NCBI GenBank assembly: GCA_950097015.1
Contig: CATNEN010000039.1
Coordinates: 18,538,001-18,602,000 of the forward strand
Direction of reading: 5' to 3'
DNA: 64,000 nt
From: Macrostomum hystrix
Taxonomy: Eukaryota; Animalia; Platyhelminthes
Shown here: positions 63,386-64,000 of the stretch, in pieces
Numbering within the stretch: position 1 is the first letter of the stretch
Layout: the number at the start of each line of letters is the position of its first letter
Position numbers and translations under genes: made by a program
Notes under the pieces: model-generated
What the model saw: only the letters and a program-made list of their open reading frames with translations
The model's database searches: none
What the model was told of the DNA's origin: nothing

Positions 63386-64000
63386 AGCTAGCTGACTTTA
63401 AAATTTGAACTTAGAATGTAGCTACAGAGTAGCTGTAACTGTAATGTAAATGCAAATGGTAAAATACCCTTTGATATACTCTAGCTAAGGGTTCTGAGCC
63501 TTTATTGCCGGTTTTTGCTCTTTCCTACTATCTTTTTTATTTAAGCTACTGACTGAATTCAACTAGCTCCGGTTTTCAGAAATTAGCTAGAAAAAAGTTG
63601 GCTCTACTTAGCTGTTTGCCTAAAATAGTTACAACTTGTCGTCGACGTCAACACTTGTAGAAAGAAAAAACGAATAAATTTCTTTAAAAACGTAATGAGT
63701 CTGTGCTTATACACTTCGTATATATTGACTGGGACAACACAACACACTGCTTAAATATAGATAACCTTAGTTCGTTTCAAATAGTGATAGGTAGGTAGGT
63801 TAAGCCTAAGCTTAAGAAAATAATTGTGTTGTTCTTTCTTTTTTTGCACCACTGGTGAAAATGCTAAAAACAATTTACTTGTAAGCCAACATATCAAATT
63901 GAAAGTAAATATTTCTCAGTGTTTTATTTAAAAAAGTAAATAGCCTTTGAAACTCTGTAGAGTAATATTTTGTTTAAAAAATTTAAAAATGTGCCGGTGT

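Overview
Eukaryotic, intron-rich animal genomic DNA. The poly-Q/poly-A proteins, tRNA-derived SINEs and minisatellite-filled introns suggest a free-living flatworm such as Macrostomum, but this is inference. Seven spliced protein genes were assembled by hand from GT-AG sites and consistent codon phases. They are the 5' part of a TCF/LEF HMG-box gene (-), a 14-exon GABA-B-like class C GPCR (+), a claudin/PMP22-like tetraspan (+), ELP3 (-), an orphan type I membrane protein (-), proteasome beta-2 PSMB2 (-) and a Y-box cold-shock-domain protein (-). About 30 distinct minisatellite arrays, three SINE families and a decayed mariner carrying a nested composite MULE-like element are also present. Most long ORFs in the supplied track are translations of tandem repeats. 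The main oddities are: (1) structured non-coding exon-like islands upstream of a TCF that seems to lack the beta-catenin-binding domain; (2) mirror-image minisatellite arrays bracketing exons at two loci; (3) CpG-depleted, AT-rich, satellite-free zones confined to the first exon and intron of PSMB2 and the Y-box gene; (4) a claudin-like protein with a His/Tyr-rich and Pro-rich extracellular loop. All RNA folds were made by eye and no searches were run.
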